Source of the DNA: Candidatus Chloroheliaceae bacterium
GTDB taxonomy: Bacteria > Chloroflexota > Chloroflexia > Chloroheliales > Chloroheliaceae
Length of the DNA stretch: 64,000 nt
NCBI GenBank assembly: GCA_013390945.1
Contig: JACAUC010000003.1
Span: forward strand, 5,274 to 69,273
Reading direction: 5' to 3'
Every line of letters begins with the position of its first letter. Position 1 is the stretch's first letter. The notes beneath the pieces were generated by a model. That model was given only the letters and a program-made list of their open reading frames with translations. It was not told where the DNA came from and made no database searches. The translations under genes and the position numbers were made by a program. Below, in pieces: positions 49,269-58,697 of the stretch.

Positions 49269-51362
49269 TTATCGCAATCCCTCGGCGGCGGTGGTGACGC
49301 TGTGGGTAATAGTTCGGGCATCGGCGCGAGGTAGATAGATGTAGTGACCGCACAACTTACGGGCTAGACTAGCGGCCTCGCCTCGACTAAGGAAGCTAGT
49401 TTGGGTATCTAGCACCACCGTCGAAAGCCCTTCACTAGCCAGCAACGAAGCCAATTGCTCTACTTCTTGGGCCGCTTGCGACTTGCGCTCGTCTTTGGAA
49501 AGTGTGGCAGTTTCATCATTCTCCTGAAGCAAAACATTCCCGCGACCATCGGTAATCAAAATTACCATCGTCTTATTGATTCCTTGCCGCCTAGCACTTT
49601 CACTCATTCGCCAAGCGGTCATCATCGCGGAGGCCAGCGGCGTACCACCACCAGTAGGCAACACGTCCAATGACCGTTTGGCTAACTCTACGCTCTGGCT
49701 AGGAGGCAGCAGCACCTCGGCTTCGCGGCCTCGGAAAGAGATCAAGGCCACTTTATCGCGGTGAACATAAGCCTGCTGTAGCAATTGAGTTACGGCTCCT
49801 TTTGCTTCGCGCATTCGGTTTAAGGCCATCGAACCACTGGCATCCACCACAAAGATAAAGAGTACCCCAGCCTTATCTTTATAGCGTTTGAGCCTCAAGT
49901 CATCGGAACGCACCAGCACTTTAGCACCACTACTCGGCTTCCTTGCTCTGGTTTTAGGGGCAGGAACGGGTATTGGTTTAAACACCGCTTTCCGGCCTTT
50001 TTTACCTTCCAGTTTTCGAATATTTTGGAAGGGAGCCGCCGCTCGCAAAGTATCAATAATAGCAATCCGACCTCGGCCCGGTTTACCCGGCACACTCTGG
50101 ATGTGGCGACCGCGCTTCCAGTTATAGGTTTCGCCTCGGCTGCCCGACTTGGCTCGCTGTTGGCGGGCTTGAACCAACGACAGAATATCAGCTGGTAATT
50201 CGGTCTCTAGGGCTGCCATTATCAAATCATCCACTTGAGGTTCCTGCTCCTCCTGCTGTTCGGGAGGTTCCGGTTCCTCATTCTCTGGTGGAGGCGGTTC
50301 TTCTTCTTCGGGCTCTTCTGGTTCGGGCGGCTCTGGCTCTTCCGGTTCTGGTTCGGGTAAACGGGTAGCGCGTGGCAATAAGACTAAACGCACCGCCGCC
50401 TTCAGATCATCATCGTCTACCTCTATCCGTCCCTCCAAAGCGGCGGAGGCCAAAGCAACCCTAGTGGAGAAGAGATCCACCCGATTGCCCATTACTCCCA
50501 TTCGCAGGGCCGTCTCACTCAAGGCTCTCAACTGCTCGTCCGTGATTGTGACATGGGGCAAGACTTTGCGCCCTTCGACAATCAAGGTGCGTAGCATTTC
50601 GGTTTCCTCTTCGTACACGGCATTCAGGTTGACCGGATCACGATCCCAACTCAGGGCGCGAGTCATAATCTCGGCCCGATCATTTGGCCCTACAGGAGGA
50701 GTGCCAGGTACAATCAGCCCTACCCGGTCAGTCAGTCCATCCCGTACCTCGCCTTCGTCCGGGTTAAAAGTACCGATCAGGATAAACTCGGTGGGATAGT
50801 CGGCACTTAGTCCATCTCGTTCTAAGGCCAACCGACCTCGGCTCAAGGCATCCATCAGATAGTTACCCGGCCCATCATCCAAGAGGTTCATTTCATCGCA
50901 ATAAAGTATACCCCGATTGGCCTCGGCCAACAGACCGCGTTCGGCAATACGCTGTCCCGTTTGCAAAGTAGCTTCGAGGGCCAACCCACCTAACAACCGA
51001 TCTTCGGTTATATTAAGGGGCAGATTGACAAAAGGTGGGGGCGAATTAGTAATGGTAAACTTCTGGGCATGGGAACCTCTATAACTCTTCTTGCAATCGC
51101 TACACCACTTTTCGGGTTGGGCCGGATCACAATGTGATTGGCAACTAGCGATAGATTTGATAGAGGGTAATAGGGCATGAAAACTACGGGCCATAATAGT
51201 TTTAGCCGTACCAGGCCGGGCTGAGATAATCACCCCGCCCAATTTTGGGTCAATTGCCAGTAGCAAAAGCCCCCGTTTTGCCCAAGGGTGTCCTACCACC
51301 GCTGCAAAGGGATAATGCAGATAATCCGCTTGGTGCTTCTCCTGTTTATCTAAAGTTAACAT
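49269..51362 (-). CDS. bchD: magnesium chelatase subunit D
   Basis: N-terminal AAA+-like module (YPFAAVVGHPWAKRGLLLLAIDPKLGGVIISARPGTAKT). Acidic Pro/Glu linker (PEPEPEEPEPPEPEEPEEEEPPPPENEEPEPPEQQEEQEP). C-terminal vWA domain with MIDAS (FVVDASGSM). Confidence 0.9.
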   Translation of the reverse strand: MLTLDKQEKHQADYLHYPFAAVVGHPWAKRGLLLLAIDPKLGGVIISARPGTAKTIMARSFHALLPSIKSIASCQSHCDPAQPEKWCSDCKKSYRGSHAQKFTITNSPPPFVNLPLNITEDRLLGGLALEATLQTGQRIAERGLLAEANRGILYCDEMNLLDDGPGNYLMDALSRGRLALERDGLSADYPTEFILIGTFNPDEGEVRDGLTDRVGLIVPGTPPVGPNDRAEIMTRALSWDRDPVNLNAVYEEETEMLRTLIVEGRKVLPHVTITDEQLRALSETALRMGVMGNRVDLFSTRVALASAALEGRIEVDDDDLKAAVRLVLLPRATRLPEPEPEEPEPPEPEEPEEEEPPPPENEEPEPPEQQEEQEPQVDDLIMAALETELPADILSLVQARQQRAKSGSRGETYNWKRGRHIQSVPGKPGRGRIAIIDTLRAAAPFQNIRKLEGKKGRKAVFKPIPVPAPKTRARKPSSGAKVLVRSDDLRLKRYKDKAGVLFIFVVDASGSMALNRMREAKGAVTQLLQQAYVHRDKVALISFRGREAEVLLPPSQSVELAKRSLDVLPTGGGTPLASAMMTAWRMSESARRQGINKTMVILITDGRGNVLLQENDETATLSKDERKSQAAQEVEQLASLLASEGLSTVVLDTQTSFLSRGEAASLARKLCGHYIYLPRADARTITHSVTTAAEGLR

Positions 51363-51495
51363 GGTCGCCTAGTTAATCCTTTTAATAATACAAACCTAGT
51401 TTGACGCTCCGCTAAAAAAAATGCTATACTTTTTAGGCTTTATAACTCCTGATTATACATACTTGGCAAAGACTAGTCTACAGAGGCGCGTTCAA

Positions 51496-53199
51496 ATGAA
51501 TCAACCTGAATCGGCAGGACCACCACCTGCTCCCAACCTTGAACAGACAACTCCGTCCTCCGCTTCACCCGATGAGCCTAAAACTTCAAAGGCAGCTAAG
51601 AATATGTCGTTGGGGCGCAAGACTGGTCGCGCACTCTTTTGGAATGTCTTCTTTCTACCCCTCAAAGCTGGTTTACAACTCTTCGTGACCCTCGTTATCG
51701 TCAAGACCTTCCCACTAGAAGCTTACGCAGTGTTGGCGGCAGTTACTGCTGTCCTTAGTACATTGGGACTCTATGTAGACTTAGGTATCGAACGGGCCTT
51801 GCCGCGTTTCGTAAGTGAGATTGAGCAGAAACAAGGCCGGGCGGCACTACGTCTCTTTATCACCCGTATTACCCTCATCAAACTGGCCGTGCTAACCGTC
51901 GTAGTCTTGATTATCACCGTAGCCGCCGAACCAATTATCAGTTGGATGGGTAGTTGGGGCGATCAGGGTCACATTTACTTAGCTCTAATTAGCATGTTAT
52001 TGGTATTGGGCGCACTTTATGACATTTGTACCCAAATCCTCTATAGCTTTTTCAAGCAAAAAGTCACTAACCTGCTTGACATTGTAGTAACTGTACTCAA
52101 TCCTCTGCTCACGCTGTTACTGGTTGGCCCTTTGGGGCTACGGGTCTATGGCGTAGTGCTGGCCCTACTTATCACCACCGTTATTAGTGTCGGAATTGCT
52201 GGCTGGCAAGCTTGGCTGGCTTCAAAAGACCTTGAAGTCAAATTAAAAACTCCCAAACCTAACCCAGCCCCTTCCGCGACTGATACCGGAGTGATCCCCC
52301 GTGAAAGCCTGCTCAAGCGCTTCATTCGGTATGCGGCCCTGATGTACTTTTTCAACATCTCAGCTTGGTTCTACGATGCCTCTTTCGCGATGTTGGTCTT
52401 CACCTTCTACCGGGAGATTGTCACAGTGGCCTTGATCCGCTTGATTTACAATTTCATCAAGACCCTATTAAAGAACTTGTTGTCCCCCTTTGTAGGAGTA
52501 CAAACACCTCTCTTTTCCTCCATCCATGCCGAGGGTCACACCCCTAAATTGCACACTGCTTATGCTTCAATCAGCAAACTTCAAATTTTTATTCTAGTGC
52601 CAAGTAGTATTGGTGCGATCATCTTAGCCCGTAACATCCTTGAACTTCTCTTTGCCCGTAAGAGTGCCGATGCGGTGCTACCTGTTACGCTGCTGGAACC
52701 GGCTACTTGGGCCACCATCCTCACTATCATCTTTACCTTTGCCGAAGCCCTTATCAGTCTGCCAATGGTGATACTGATGGTCTACGAACGTTATCGGGCG
52801 GTAATTTTGGCCCGTACCTTACCACTGTTAGCAGGGCCACTGCTGATACTAACTGCCGCCCTACATTGGAATGTGGTGGTTGCCGTAACGATAATGGGTT
52901 TGATGGCAGTTAGTTCACGAGTGATGGCCATGGTCTCATTACAACGGACGCTGGGCCTCTATTACCCGGTTAAATTCCTTCTCAAAGTCTCGAAAGCGGC
53001 CCTAGCCTTTGGTATCCCTTTGCAAATCCTCGTTCTCTTCTTGCCGATCAACTGGCCTATAACCCTAGGCATAGCAGGTACGGGTGTTATAATCTTCTAT
53101 GCGGTTTTTAAAGGGTTGGGCGGTTTTGACCTAGAGGACAAAAACCGCCTACAAACCCTTAAAATGCCTTTACGCAAATATATAATTAAGTGGTTTTAG
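51496..53199 (+). CDS. MOP-superfamily (Wzx/MurJ-like) polysaccharide/lipid flippase
   Basis: ~14 hydrophobic helices with a polysaccharide-biosynthesis-protein-like layout. I prefer the MNQPES ATG at 51496 over the track start at 51421. The 3' end overlaps the bchI 3' end by 4 nt (convergent). Confidence 0.55.
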   Translation: MNQPESAGPPPAPNLEQTTPSSASPDEPKTSKAAKNMSLGRKTGRALFWNVFFLPLKAGLQLFVTLVIVKTFPLEAYAVLAAVTAVLSTLGLYVDLGIERALPRFVSEIEQKQGRAALRLFITRITLIKLAVLTVVVLIITVAAEPIISWMGSWGDQGHIYLALISMLLVLGALYDICTQILYSFFKQKVTNLLDIVVTVLNPLLTLLLVGPLGLRVYGVVLALLITTVISVGIAGWQAWLASKDLEVKLKTPKPNPAPSATDTGVIPRESLLKRFIRYAALMYFFNISAWFYDASFAMLVFTFYREIVTVALIRLIYNFIKTLLKNLLSPFVGVQTPLFSSIHAEGHTPKLHTAYASISKLQIFILVPSSIGAIILARNILELLFARKSADAVLPVTLLEPATWATILTIIFTFAEALISLPMVILMVYERYRAVILARTLPLLAGPLLILTAALHWNVVVAVTIMGLMAVSSRVMAMVSLQRTLGLYYPVKFLLKVSKAALAFGIPLQILVLFLPINWPITLGIAGTGVIIFYAVFKGLGGFDLEDKNRLQTLKMPLRKYIIKWF

Positions 53200-54368
53200 G
53201 CTTTAACGCCTAACACTTTTTCTGCCGCTTGCTCAATCTTGATGCCACTATCGGTATTGTCGAGGGGGTCTTTTCGCAGGCGGTGGCGTAGCGAAAGACC
53301 TACTACATTCCGTACATCCTCCAGCGTGACAATCTTCTTGTGGCTAAGAGCCGCTTGAGCGGTAGCAGCGCGAGCAATGGTCAACTCGCCCCGGTGTCCG
53401 TCCACGCTCAAGGCTAGGCATAATTCGGCAATTTTTAGCAAGACTTCATGGGGCAACGCTACTTGGGGTAGAAGTTTCTGAGCATTTTTGATTTGGCGGC
53501 GCAATTTTTCCTGAGCAGGCTCCCACTCTGCCATAAAATCGGCTGGATTTAGCTCAAAACTCTGGCGACGTTTGACAATCTCCACTCGCTGTTCCAGATC
53601 AATAATGGTAATAATGCGAGAGTGTAGACCAAAGCGATCCAACAATTGCGGACGCAAATCGCCTTCCTCAGGATTGCCACTACCCACCAACACGAACCGG
53701 GCTGGGTGGCGCACACTAATACCTTCGCGTTCTACCGTATTTACCCCACCAGCCGCCACGTCCAGCAATACGTCCACAAGGTGATCTTCTAAGAGGTTTA
53801 CCTCATCAATATAGAGGAACCCGCGATTGGAACGGGCCAACAGTCCTGGCTCAAAAGCTTTGATACCTTGATTTAGGGCTTTTTCAATATCAATTGTGCC
53901 GCAAACCCGGTCTTCGGTAGCACCTAGCGGTAAGTCTACCACCGGAACAGGCGCATAATGTCCCGTGAGTTTTTGCCCTTTCGACAGCTTATCCCGGCAA
54001 TCGCGGCAGAGTGCGCCACGCCGCTCGGTATCGGGATCGCAGCCATAGAAGCAGTTTGCTACTACTTTAATGCGTGGCAACAAATCGGCGAGGGCGCGAA
54101 CAATGGTGCTTTTGCCAGTTCCGCGGTGGCCCATAATCATTACCCCCCCAATTTTGGGGTCAATCACATTGAGCAAAAGCGACCGCTTCATCTCTTCCTG
54201 TCCCACGATGGCAGCAAAGGGATAGACATAGTGGGCTTCTACCTCATCTTTGCCCTTTGCCGTAGTTTTTGCTTTCCCTTTGACAGTAGGCGTTTCTTCG
54301 CCATTACCATTTTCCAGCAGCTCGTCCGGTTCGTCTACAGGTATGGTATTTTCTATTAGCTCGGTCAT
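53196..54368 (-). CDS. bchI: magnesium chelatase ATPase subunit I
   Basis: YPFAAIVGQEEMKRSLLLNVIDPKIGGVMIMGHRGTGKST (Walker A), FLYIDEVNLLEDHLVDVLLDVAA (Walker B), SGNPEEGDLRPQLLDRFGL. It has a ~40-aa N-terminal extension. Confidence 0.9.
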   Translation of the reverse strand: MTELIENTIPVDEPDELLENGNGEETPTVKGKAKTTAKGKDEVEAHYVYPFAAIVGQEEMKRSLLLNVIDPKIGGVMIMGHRGTGKSTIVRALADLLPRIKVVANCFYGCDPDTERRGALCRDCRDKLSKGQKLTGHYAPVPVVDLPLGATEDRVCGTIDIEKALNQGIKAFEPGLLARSNRGFLYIDEVNLLEDHLVDVLLDVAAGGVNTVEREGISVRHPARFVLVGSGNPEEGDLRPQLLDRFGLHSRIITIIDLEQRVEIVKRRQSFELNPADFMAEWEPAQEKLRRQIKNAQKLLPQVALPHEVLLKIAELCLALSVDGHRGELTIARAATAQAALSHKKIVTLEDVRNVVGLSLRHRLRKDPLDNTDSGIKIEQAAEKVLGVKA

Positions 54369-54432
54369 TAACTCTATTCTTTCTCTCTATACTAGATTAA
54401 TTCTTGATAAGCCATAACTACAAATTTCCTAA

Positions 54433-55491
54433 TTAGCTTTTTAGCGCATTTTCAAGTCCAAACTCTAATGACTCTGATTTACCATTACTAGAATCATTGG
54501 TAATCATTGTGGTCAAGTTAATAGAAGCGCGGGTTAGGTGTAACTTGAGCAAAGTTGCCACCTGAGCAGGTAATTCAGCCAAGATCAGATGACCACAATG
54601 GGGCATAACAAAATAAGTACAATTAGGCAGTAAGGTGGCAAGGCGTTTACTGCTTTTCTGACTGATTACTTTGTCGTGCGAACCAGCCACTAGGAGTGTG
54701 GGCATTTTGAGTGAGACTACCCATTGAGGTAACTGATCCAATACCTCCCTTGACATAGTAGATTTAGCCATATAAAAGGCGGCATTGGGCGAAGTATCTC
54801 GCAGGCTCAAGAGTCCATACTCAATATCACGACGTGAGGCCGGATTTTTTAGCAGGGTGAGGCGGGCATAGTAGTAGACGGCCCGCCAAGATTTGAGTCG
54901 TCGCAACACTTTGCTAAAAACTGTAGCAAGAGCTTTGGCCCCAAACTGCTCAAAAGCGGCACTATACTTGAAAAGACCATAGTTGAAAAAGGCCACACTA
55001 GCCACCGATTCAGGATAGCGAGCGGCGTAAGCCGTAGCAATTAGCGAACCGACCGAGAAAGAGAGGAGATGGAATTTTTCCAACTGGAGCAATTCGGCTA
55101 GTTTACGGAGGTCGTCAACTAGCGTGGCGATTTCGTAATCCGCTACGATAGGGTCATCGGTGAAGCCATGTCCGCGTAAATCATAATTGATCGTGCGAAA
55201 GCCTGCGATATTGAGAATGTCTACGATGCTGTGCCACCAAAAAGAGGAACAATCCCAGCCATGCAATAGGATCACCGACTCACCCTTGGGTGGGCCTTCA
55301 TCTAGGTAGAAATGGTTGACTCCGTTTATTTTTACGAAGTGGGCCTGCTCCAGTTTGGAAAGGTCTTCCTGCAGGTTGGCTCGACGCTGTGTATTGGTGT
55401 GGGGTAAGGCAATTTCAGCCTGGGCGAGTGTGGCATATTCCAACGCTTTCGCTGTAGGCACCCCTTCACAACCTACCTTCTGCTTCATCAT
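54433..55491 (-). CDS. alpha/beta-fold hydrolase, BchO-like by position
   Basis: HGWDCSSFWW oxyanion region, nucleophile elbow SFSVGS, C-terminal HCGH histidine. It lies directly upstream of bchI. Purple-bacterial bchI-bchD-bchO clusters encode a similar hydrolase, so the BchO label is a context inference. Confidence 0.55.
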   Translation of the reverse strand: MMKQKVGCEGVPTAKALEYATLAQAEIALPHTNTQRRANLQEDLSKLEQAHFVKINGVNHFYLDEGPPKGESVILLHGWDCSSFWWHSIVDILNIAGFRTINYDLRGHGFTDDPIVADYEIATLVDDLRKLAELLQLEKFHLLSFSVGSLIATAYAARYPESVASVAFFNYGLFKYSAAFEQFGAKALATVFSKVLRRLKSWRAVYYYARLTLLKNPASRRDIEYGLLSLRDTSPNAAFYMAKSTMSREVLDQLPQWVVSLKMPTLLVAGSHDKVISQKSSKRLATLLPNCTYFVMPHCGHLILAELPAQVATLLKLHLTRASINLTTMITNDSSNGKSESLEFGLENALKS

Positions 55492-55993
55492 TATTTGCCC
55501 TCTAATTTATACTCTGCTAACTTAATCATATTTTTAGTTTAAGTAAAGACTAGTAAGAAGCGCAGAAAAACAATTACCGCCAAAACGGACATGTTACAAT
55601 TATAACAAGGCCAAAGTGGGGTAGTATGTAGTAATAACTACACCTTAAGGGGGTGGTTGTTACTGCACCGATAGACCAAGCGAGTGAAACTCTGGATAAT
55701 ATTAGTGCAAGGCGGGTTAAACTTAGCCAGAAATGAGGCTGTAGCTAAAACTACCGCTAAAAAAGCGGGGCTTGATATAGAATAGGACTATCGCATAAGA
55801 ACTTTTTCGCTCACTCGGCCTTCTCGTAATCGCTTTATATTCCCCGTGTGAGTAGTTTTAAGATAGTTACTGTGCCTGGCAAAAAACCAGGTAGGTTTTG
55901 CTTTACCTGAAAACTACAGGGAGCCAAATTCCCTGTGGATAAGCCGCACCGATCTTACAAACGACAAAATTTAACTAGAGAGGAGGCTGGCCG

Positions 55994-56671
55994 GTGGCTT
56001 TTCAAAGATTTCGGTTCAACTCAAGACGAAACAAAATTGCCACCAGTGTGCTGGGGCTACCCGAAACCCAGGCAGTTTACTTTAGTGTCTGGCTCGCTGG
56101 CATATTAATTGGTGTCGTATTAATGATTATCCTTGTAGGTTTAATCGGCAATGGTGTGGATACACCACGTACGCAACAAACCGCTAGGGAAAATCAGGGG
56201 GACATCGTAGCACCAATCCAACTAGTCTACCGAGATGCTCAGGGAAATCTAGCTACTGCACAGCAAGCTGGTTTCTCTAATGGCGTGGTAGCCCAAGTAG
56301 ATAGTTGGGAACGAGCAGCCGCGCAGGGTGATAAAGTAGCTCAAGCCGAGCTACAAGCAGCACGTGGTCGCGGACAAGCTAACTTTAATCGGATCTGTAT
56401 TGGTTGTCATTACGGCGCACCCCAAGCATCTTCCAGTGGCCCTTATCTGGGGAACCTTTACCAGACTAAGACCGTCTTCAATGGTAAGCCGCTCAATGAT
56501 GCTAATGTAGTTACTTTTATCTTATTAGGCAGTCAGTCTCACAACTTGGTGGCGGATGGTCAGCATGTGCTGGTCAATGGGAGCGGTGGTTTTATGCCGA
56601 TGCCCTCCGGAATTGCTACACCGCAGCAAGCTGTAGACATAATGCTTTATTTGAAACAACAAACGAGTTAA
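55994..56671 (+). CDS. membrane-anchored monoheme c-type cytochrome (candidate reaction-centre electron donor)
   Basis: 225 aa with a GTG start after a gagaggagg RBS. One TM (VWLAGILIGVVLMIILVGLIG). The CXXCH heme motif CIGCH is at 56396-56410. A distal Met candidate lies in GGFMPMPSG. It ends 30 nt upstream of the pscA-like gene. Confidence 0.75.
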   Translation: MAFQRFRFNSRRNKIATSVLGLPETQAVYFSVWLAGILIGVVLMIILVGLIGNGVDTPRTQQTARENQGDIVAPIQLVYRDAQGNLATAQQAGFSNGVVAQVDSWERAAAQGDKVAQAELQAARGRGQANFNRICIGCHYGAPQASSSGPYLGNLYQTKTVFNGKPLNDANVVTFILLGSQSHNLVADGQHVLVNGSGGFMPMPSGIATPQQAVDIMLYLKQQTS

Positions 56672-56701
56672 TAAACCTTAGGCTAGTAAGGAGCACAAGC
56701 G

Positions 56702-58489
56702 ATGAGCATTACCCTGCAACCGGGCGCCCGTCCGCTCATCAATCGGCCAGCACTAAACAAAGCGGCTGAGCTGCATGTGCCAGGATACCGCTGGTATCAG
56801 CTTTTTGCCTTTCCGCGTACCGAAGATCAGATTTTTGGCGGCCACTTGATTGTGGCCGGTGCAATCGGTTCGATGGTAGCGTTCAACATTGGCAGTGGGC
56901 TTACCTTCCCTGGTAACTATTTTTTCCTTACCATCGAGCCACAGCTTTACAATCTAGGTATTGATACCAAAGAAAAGCTCTTGACCTATACCCTGATCCA
57001 TATCATCTCTAGTCTGGGCTTAATCTTCTTTGGTTGGTGGCACTATCGCAATAAAGTGTTACAGGCTGCCGCCTCAAGCTACGCGAAGGCGTGGGGTGGG
57101 CATTTGGTCTATATCGCTTGGTGGTGCTTCGCCTGGGTGCTGTGGAGTACGTTGGTAATGCAGCGCGGCCCTAAGTTTGGTACAGATGGATGGATATGGG
57201 CCGCAGCAGGAGCGCAAGATTTAACCTTTAATGGTGACGCCCTACTGCTTTGTCTGTCGGTAATATTGCTGGTAACCGGGTTGGTAACTTGGCGCAAGCC
57301 GCCGACCTTTAATCGGCATTTGGAAGATCCAAAAGCGCAACTTCACGTCAATCTGGTGGTCTTTGGCTGGACAGGCATGTTGTTCAGTGCCTTTGCCTGG
57401 TTCACCTTCCCGCGAGGCTCAAACGCCGCCGCAGGCCAGTGGAGCGATGTGGCTCTTAATCTCTACGTGTGGAACCACATTAACTGCAGCTTCCTCTACA
57501 TCATCGGCGGTGTCTTTCACGGCGCTCAGTACCTCTGGGACGTGCGCGAGGATGACTCCAAGAACCCTTGGGTAGTAAGTCGCTGGGTACGCTGGTTCGA
57601 TAGTCAAGACCGTCAGGCCAGTATCACGAGTACAATCTTCCTCTTGGCCTTCTTTACCGGCTTTAGTGCTTGGTCTGTAATGGGTATCAACTCAATGGTG
57701 GATTTTAAGCTCTTTCCCCAAGAGTGGTACATTGACGGTCTGCGGCCTTACGTAATGGAATGGTTGACCCCCGGCCTGCTGCACGTCTGGCCTGGATATA
57801 AAACGAGTGTCAGTGATTGGGTCTTTATACATGCTCTTGTAGCTGGTTTCTTCTTTGTAGGGATACCAGTCACTCGGTCAGTATTTTTCACCAGACGTAG
57901 TCCCTTGTTTGATGCAAAAGGGATCACTAAACGTAGTTTCGATTATCCTTGTCTAGGGCCGGCCTATGGCGGTACCTGCGGTTACAGTATTCAAGATCAA
58001 ATCTGGTTAGCAATGCTATGGGGAATTAAACCGCTCTCGGTTATCGTTTGGTACATGATGGGTGTCTACTTTGGTAGTTTGCAGTTCGCAATTAACCCGA
58101 AAGACCCATCAGGTGATACTAGCTTCCCTGGAAGACCCGGAGCTTTGTTCTTCATCTTCCAAGCTACCAGTAAAATCTGGAATGATGGTCACTTGACGAT
58201 GATACTCTATCTTGGACACCTTGTTTGGCTATTAAGCTTTATGTTCTGGTTTGAGTATCGGGGTAGCCGTCTCGAAGGAGCGTATATCCTCAGTCAGGCA
58301 CTTAAACGTTGGTTCGGTATTAATATGGTGCCTGAACGCTTTGTTATGACGCTGGTAGGTAGCCGTATGTTAGGTACCTTCCTCTACTATGGTGGAGTCT
58401 TCATGTGTGTCTTTACCTATCTCTCGGTAGGTTTCGCTTGGAGGCCAAACATCCTAGCGCCAGTAGTCGCACCATTAGGCGGTCCATAG
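56702..58489 (+). CDS. pscA: type I photosynthetic reaction-centre core protein (PscA/PshA/PsaA-PsaB family), divergent and compact
   Basis: 595 aa and polytopic. The FX [4Fe-4S] loop FDYPCLGPAYGGTC has Cys417 at 57950-57952 and Cys426 at 57977-57979. Compare the family consensus FPC.GP.RGGTC. The penultimate helix ILYLGHLVWLLSFMFWFEYRGSRLEG (His506 at 58217-58219) aligns with PsaA [26 protein letters not shown], which carries the special-pair ligand. RBS is taaggagca. Confidence 0.85.
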   Translation: MSITLQPGARPLINRPALNKAAELHVPGYRWYQLFAFPRTEDQIFGGHLIVAGAIGSMVAFNIGSGLTFPGNYFFLTIEPQLYNLGIDTKEKLLTYTLIHIISSLGLIFFGWWHYRNKVLQAAASSYAKAWGGHLVYIAWWCFAWVLWSTLVMQRGPKFGTDGWIWAAAGAQDLTFNGDALLLCLSVILLVTGLVTWRKPPTFNRHLEDPKAQLHVNLVVFGWTGMLFSAFAWFTFPRGSNAAAGQWSDVALNLYVWNHINCSFLYIIGGVFHGAQYLWDVREDDSKNPWVVSRWVRWFDSQDRQASITSTIFLLAFFTGFSAWSVMGINSMVDFKLFPQEWYIDGLRPYVMEWLTPGLLHVWPGYKTSVSDWVFIHALVAGFFFVGIPVTRSVFFTRRSPLFDAKGITKRSFDYPCLGPAYGGTCGYSIQDQIWLAMLWGIKPLSVIVWYMMGVYFGSLQFAINPKDPSGDTSFPGRPGALFFIFQATSKIWNDGHLTMILYLGHLVWLLSFMFWFEYRGSRLEGAYILSQALKRWFGINMVPERFVMTLVGSRMLGTFLYYGGVFMCVFTYLSVGFAWRPNILAPVVAPLGGP

Positions 58490-58697
58490 CCTTATCTGGT
58501 TTAGGCTTATCGAATGAAGTGGGCAACTCACGGGGTTGCCCACCAATGTCAAAGGTTGTGGTAAGCTAAACTATAAGATCCGTAGTTTCTGGCTCAACGT
58601 TAAAAGCAACAAAGATTTTCGTTTCTATTTCTTAACCAAAGTAAAGAGTTATTTCTTTAAGAAATAAACGATCCATTAGCTAAGGAGGTTCCCACAT

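Noticed and set aside
55592-55607. The palindrome TGTtacaattataACA in the bchO-like / cytochrome divergent region as a PpsR/CrtJ operator.
   Set aside because: The spacing is TGT-N10-ACA, not the TGT-N12-ACA of PpsR/CrtJ sites. I saw only one copy, and no ppsR-like gene is in the window.
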